Origin: an uncultured bacterium
GTDB lineage: Bacteria > Oederibacteriota > JAAXVQ01 > JAUVAV01
Reading direction: 5' to 3'
DNA: 64,000 bases
Assembly (NCBI GenBank): GCA_963710755.1
Contig: CAVQBK010000001.1
Coordinates: forward strand, 128,001 to 192,000
The notes under the pieces are model-generated. The model was not told the origin of the DNA. It searched no databases and saw only the letters and a list, made by a program, of their open reading frames with translations. Position numbers and translations under genes: made by a program. The number at the start of each line of letters is the position of its first letter. The first letter of the stretch is position 1. Of the stretch, positions 61,611 through 64,000 are shown piece after piece.

Positions 61611-64000
61611 TTGGGAAGTTTGCCTGAATTTGCAGTTCGACGTCCAGTAACCGTAGCCATGTTATTTCTGGCCGTGGTGCTTTTGGGGGCCATTTCTTAT
61701 TTGCGCCTGCCTCGGGAATTGTTTCCGCCCATTACTTACCCGCAGTTGACTGTGGTTACCAATTATGAAAATGCAGCGCCGGAAGAAATTGAAACCTTGA
61801 TAACCAAACCCATCGAGGATGCCTGCAGTTCGGTCAATAATGTCAAACGGATTACATCCACCTCGCGTGAAGGTGTCTCTTTGGTGATGTTGGAGTTTGG
61901 TTGGGGCACCAGCATGGATTTTGCAGCCCTTAATGTGCGGGAAAAAATTGACCTGGTGAAGGAAAAACTGCCCAAGGATGCTGATGATCCTATTGTTATG
62001 AAATTCAACCCTTTTGAACTACCGGTCCTGACTTTGTCTGTCACTGCTGATTTGCCCATCTATGAAGTACGGGAAATTTCAAAGAAAATCATTAAAAATC
62101 AGCTGGAAAAAGCCGAAGGGGTGGCGGCTGTTCAAATCACGGGAGGATTGGAAAGGGAAATCCTGGTTACGCTGGACTTGGGCCGATTGAATGCTTCCCG
62201 CCTTTCAACGCTGGCCGTAGTGGATTCCCTGAAGAATTCCAATGTCAATTATCCGGCTGGCACAATTCACGGTCATTTTTACGACTACTTGATCAGAACC
62301 ATGGGTGAATTTACCTCGATCTCGGAAATATCGGAATCTCCGGTAGGCCTGGATAAAAGCGAGGAATATGAAGCCACCGATGAACAGGAAGGCAGCATTA
62401 ATCAAGCCCCCATTACCAAAGCCTCGGACAGTGAGAAACGACCTTACGATAACCGGGTGGTCCAGCTCTCAGATGTGGGCAAAGTGGAGGACACCTTTAA
62501 AGAACAAACATCCATTTCCCGATACAACGGCAGAGAAAATATCTCCATCACTATTCAAAAGCAAGCCGGCACCAATACTATGGAAGTGGTAAAAAATGTC
62601 AAAACAGCTCTGAAAAAATTAGAAGCAGACCTTCCCAAGGGACGTAATATTAAAATTGTCACGGTTTACGATCAGTCTATCTTTGTCAAAAAATCCATTG
62701 ATGATGTTTTTCGGGATGCTATTATCGGTGGGATTCTGGCATTTTTGGTGATCCTGATTTTCCTGCGTAATTTGAGGGCTTCCATCATTGTCATTACTTC
62801 TATTCCCATTTCGATCCTGGCAACTTTTTCATTGATGTATTTTCAAGGCATCACCCTGAATATGATGTCCTTGGGCGGTTTAGCCCTGGGGATAGGGCGA
62901 TTAGTGGATGATGCCATTGTTTGTATTGAAAATATTTATCGCCATTGTCAATTAGGTCTGAAACCCAAGGAAGCAGCGGTGGTGGGTACCCGGGAAGTCA
63001 CCATGGCCGCCATCGCCTCCACGCTGACTACCATAACCGTATTTTTGCCCATGGTTTTTGTGCAGGGTGTAGCCGGTCAGCTGTTTTCCGAATTGGCCTT
63101 GACCGTGACGTTTTCCCTGTTGGCTTCCACAGCCGGCGCGCTGATGCTTATTCCCATGCTGGTATCGCGAGGTGGGGATAATCAACTCAATGAAGTTAAA
63201 CTGTTGCGCCGCACGGAACCCTTTATCCACGGGATTGAGGTTTTTTTCTCACGGCTTTTAATGCTCTTTTTAAAACACCGTTCCACAGGACTAACCTTGA
63301 TTTTTATATTATTTGTGGCCAGTGTCCTCTTGGCCATTCCTTTGAAAAAGGAATTTATGCCCAAAGTGGACCAGGGGCAATTTGTGGTTAAAGTCAACAT
63401 GCCGACAGGCACTATGTTGAAGGTTACTGATGAAGTTTGTAAAAAAGTGGAGAAGATCCTGCTGGCCATTCCGGAGATTTACGATGTTACCGTCAATGTG
63501 GGTTCTTCCAAGGATGGGGAAGCAGGAGAAGCCGTCGACGCGATGGGGCCCCATCAAGCGGCCTTCATGGTGAATCTGAAGCGGGAACGGGAACGAAGCA
63601 CCAACGATGTGGTCCAGGAGTTAAAACAAAAAGTGGATGCTCTCGATACGGGGCCTGCCCAGTTTGAATATCTGGTGCAGGACAGTGCCCTGCAAGTGTC
63701 AGCCTTCACCGGCGGCGCTCCGGTTGCGGTGATCATTAAAGGTAAAGATCTTCACTTAATGAAAAAAATGACATCAGATGTGGAAGATTTGCTCATGGGC
63801 GTGAAGGGCATTTATGGCATCAAAAATACGATTGTGGAAGAAGCCCCTGAAACCAAAGTATATATTCAGCGTGATAAAGCTGCCTTATATAACCTGTCCG
63901 TGGATGATATTTCCAAAACCGCCAAGATCGCCATTAAAGGTGCCACGGAAACCAAGTTCAAAGAACCGGGTAAGGATGAAGTGGATATACGGGTGCGCTT
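61611..64000 (+). CDS. Efflux RND transporter permease subunit (AcrB family), truncated by the window end
   Basis: TTG start; AVRRPVTVAM, APEEIETLITKPIE, NMMSLGGLALGIGRLVDDAIVCIENI, ASTLTTITVFLPM, EFMPKVDQGQF. Confidence 0.93.
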   Translation, partial: MGSLPEFAVRRPVTVAMLFLAVVLLGAISYLRLPRELFPPITYPQLTVVTNYENAAPEEIETLITKPIEDACSSVNNVKRITSTSREGVSLVMLEFGWGTSMDFAALNVREKIDLVKEKLPKDADDPIVMKFNPFELPVLTLSVTADLPIYEVREISKKIIKNQLEKAEGVAAVQITGGLEREILVTLDLGRLNASRLSTLAVVDSLKNSNVNYPAGTIHGHFYDYLIRTMGEFTSISEISESPVGLDKSEEYEATDEQEGSINQAPITKASDSEKRPYDNRVVQLSDVGKVEDTFKEQTSISRYNGRENISITIQKQAGTNTMEVVKNVKTALKKLEADLPKGRNIKIVTVYDQSIFVKKSIDDVFRDAIIGGILAFLVILIFLRNLRASIIVITSIPISILATFSLMYFQGITLNMMSLGGLALGIGRLVDDAIVCIENIYRHCQLGLKPKEAAVVGTREVTMAAIASTLTTITVFLPMVFVQGVAGQLFSELALTVTFSLLASTAGALMLIPMLVSRGGDNQLNEVKLLRRTEPFIHGIEVFFSRLLMLFLKHRSTGLTLIFILFVASVLLAIPLKKEFMPKVDQGQFVVKVNMPTGTMLKVTDEVCKKVEKILLAIPEIYDVTVNVGSSKDGEAGEAVDAMGPHQAAFMVNLKRERERSTNDVVQELKQKVDALDTGPAQFEYLVQDSALQVSAFTGGAPVAVIIKGKDLHLMKKMTSDVEDLLMGVKGIYGIKNTIVEEAPETKVYIQRDKAALYNLSVDDISKTAKIAIKGATETKFKEPGKDEVDIRVR

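Overview
Bacterial chromosomal window, about 45% GC by eye. It begins with the 3' end of an rRNA operon (23S partial, 5S, terminator). Housekeeping genes are glnS, rpe, rlmN, hisG and rarA, alongside many signalling genes (PilZ, HDOD, REC-GAF-HD-GYP, three histidine kinases, a cNMP-binding protein) and an RND efflux pair running off the 3' end. Giant proteins, PorV-like barrels with FlgD-Ig-type cargo and Thr-Pro linkers suggest a little-studied diderm candidate lineage; this is inference only, and the 23S should be classified. Notable accessory features: (1) a 4126-aa membrane protein with a Tiki/EreA-like N-domain, two ~1200-aa phospho-His + ATP-grasp dikinase modules and an internal RAPP motif; (2) five tightly packed lycopene-cyclase-like membrane genes in one operon with a sensor kinase and receiver, with no crt genes in the window; (3) a ~60-66 bp non-coding element ending in GG(A/T)CGTATTAA upstream of four unrelated genes; (4) an IS1182-like element carrying a DUF559 nuclease, bracketed by 39-bp REP-like inverted repeats; (5) larE/larB/larC without larA, near a DUF362 Fe-S protein showing LarA-like H-x9-K-x15-H spacing; (6) two cargo/PorV gene pairs. 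All calls come from reading motifs by eye; no database searches were run.
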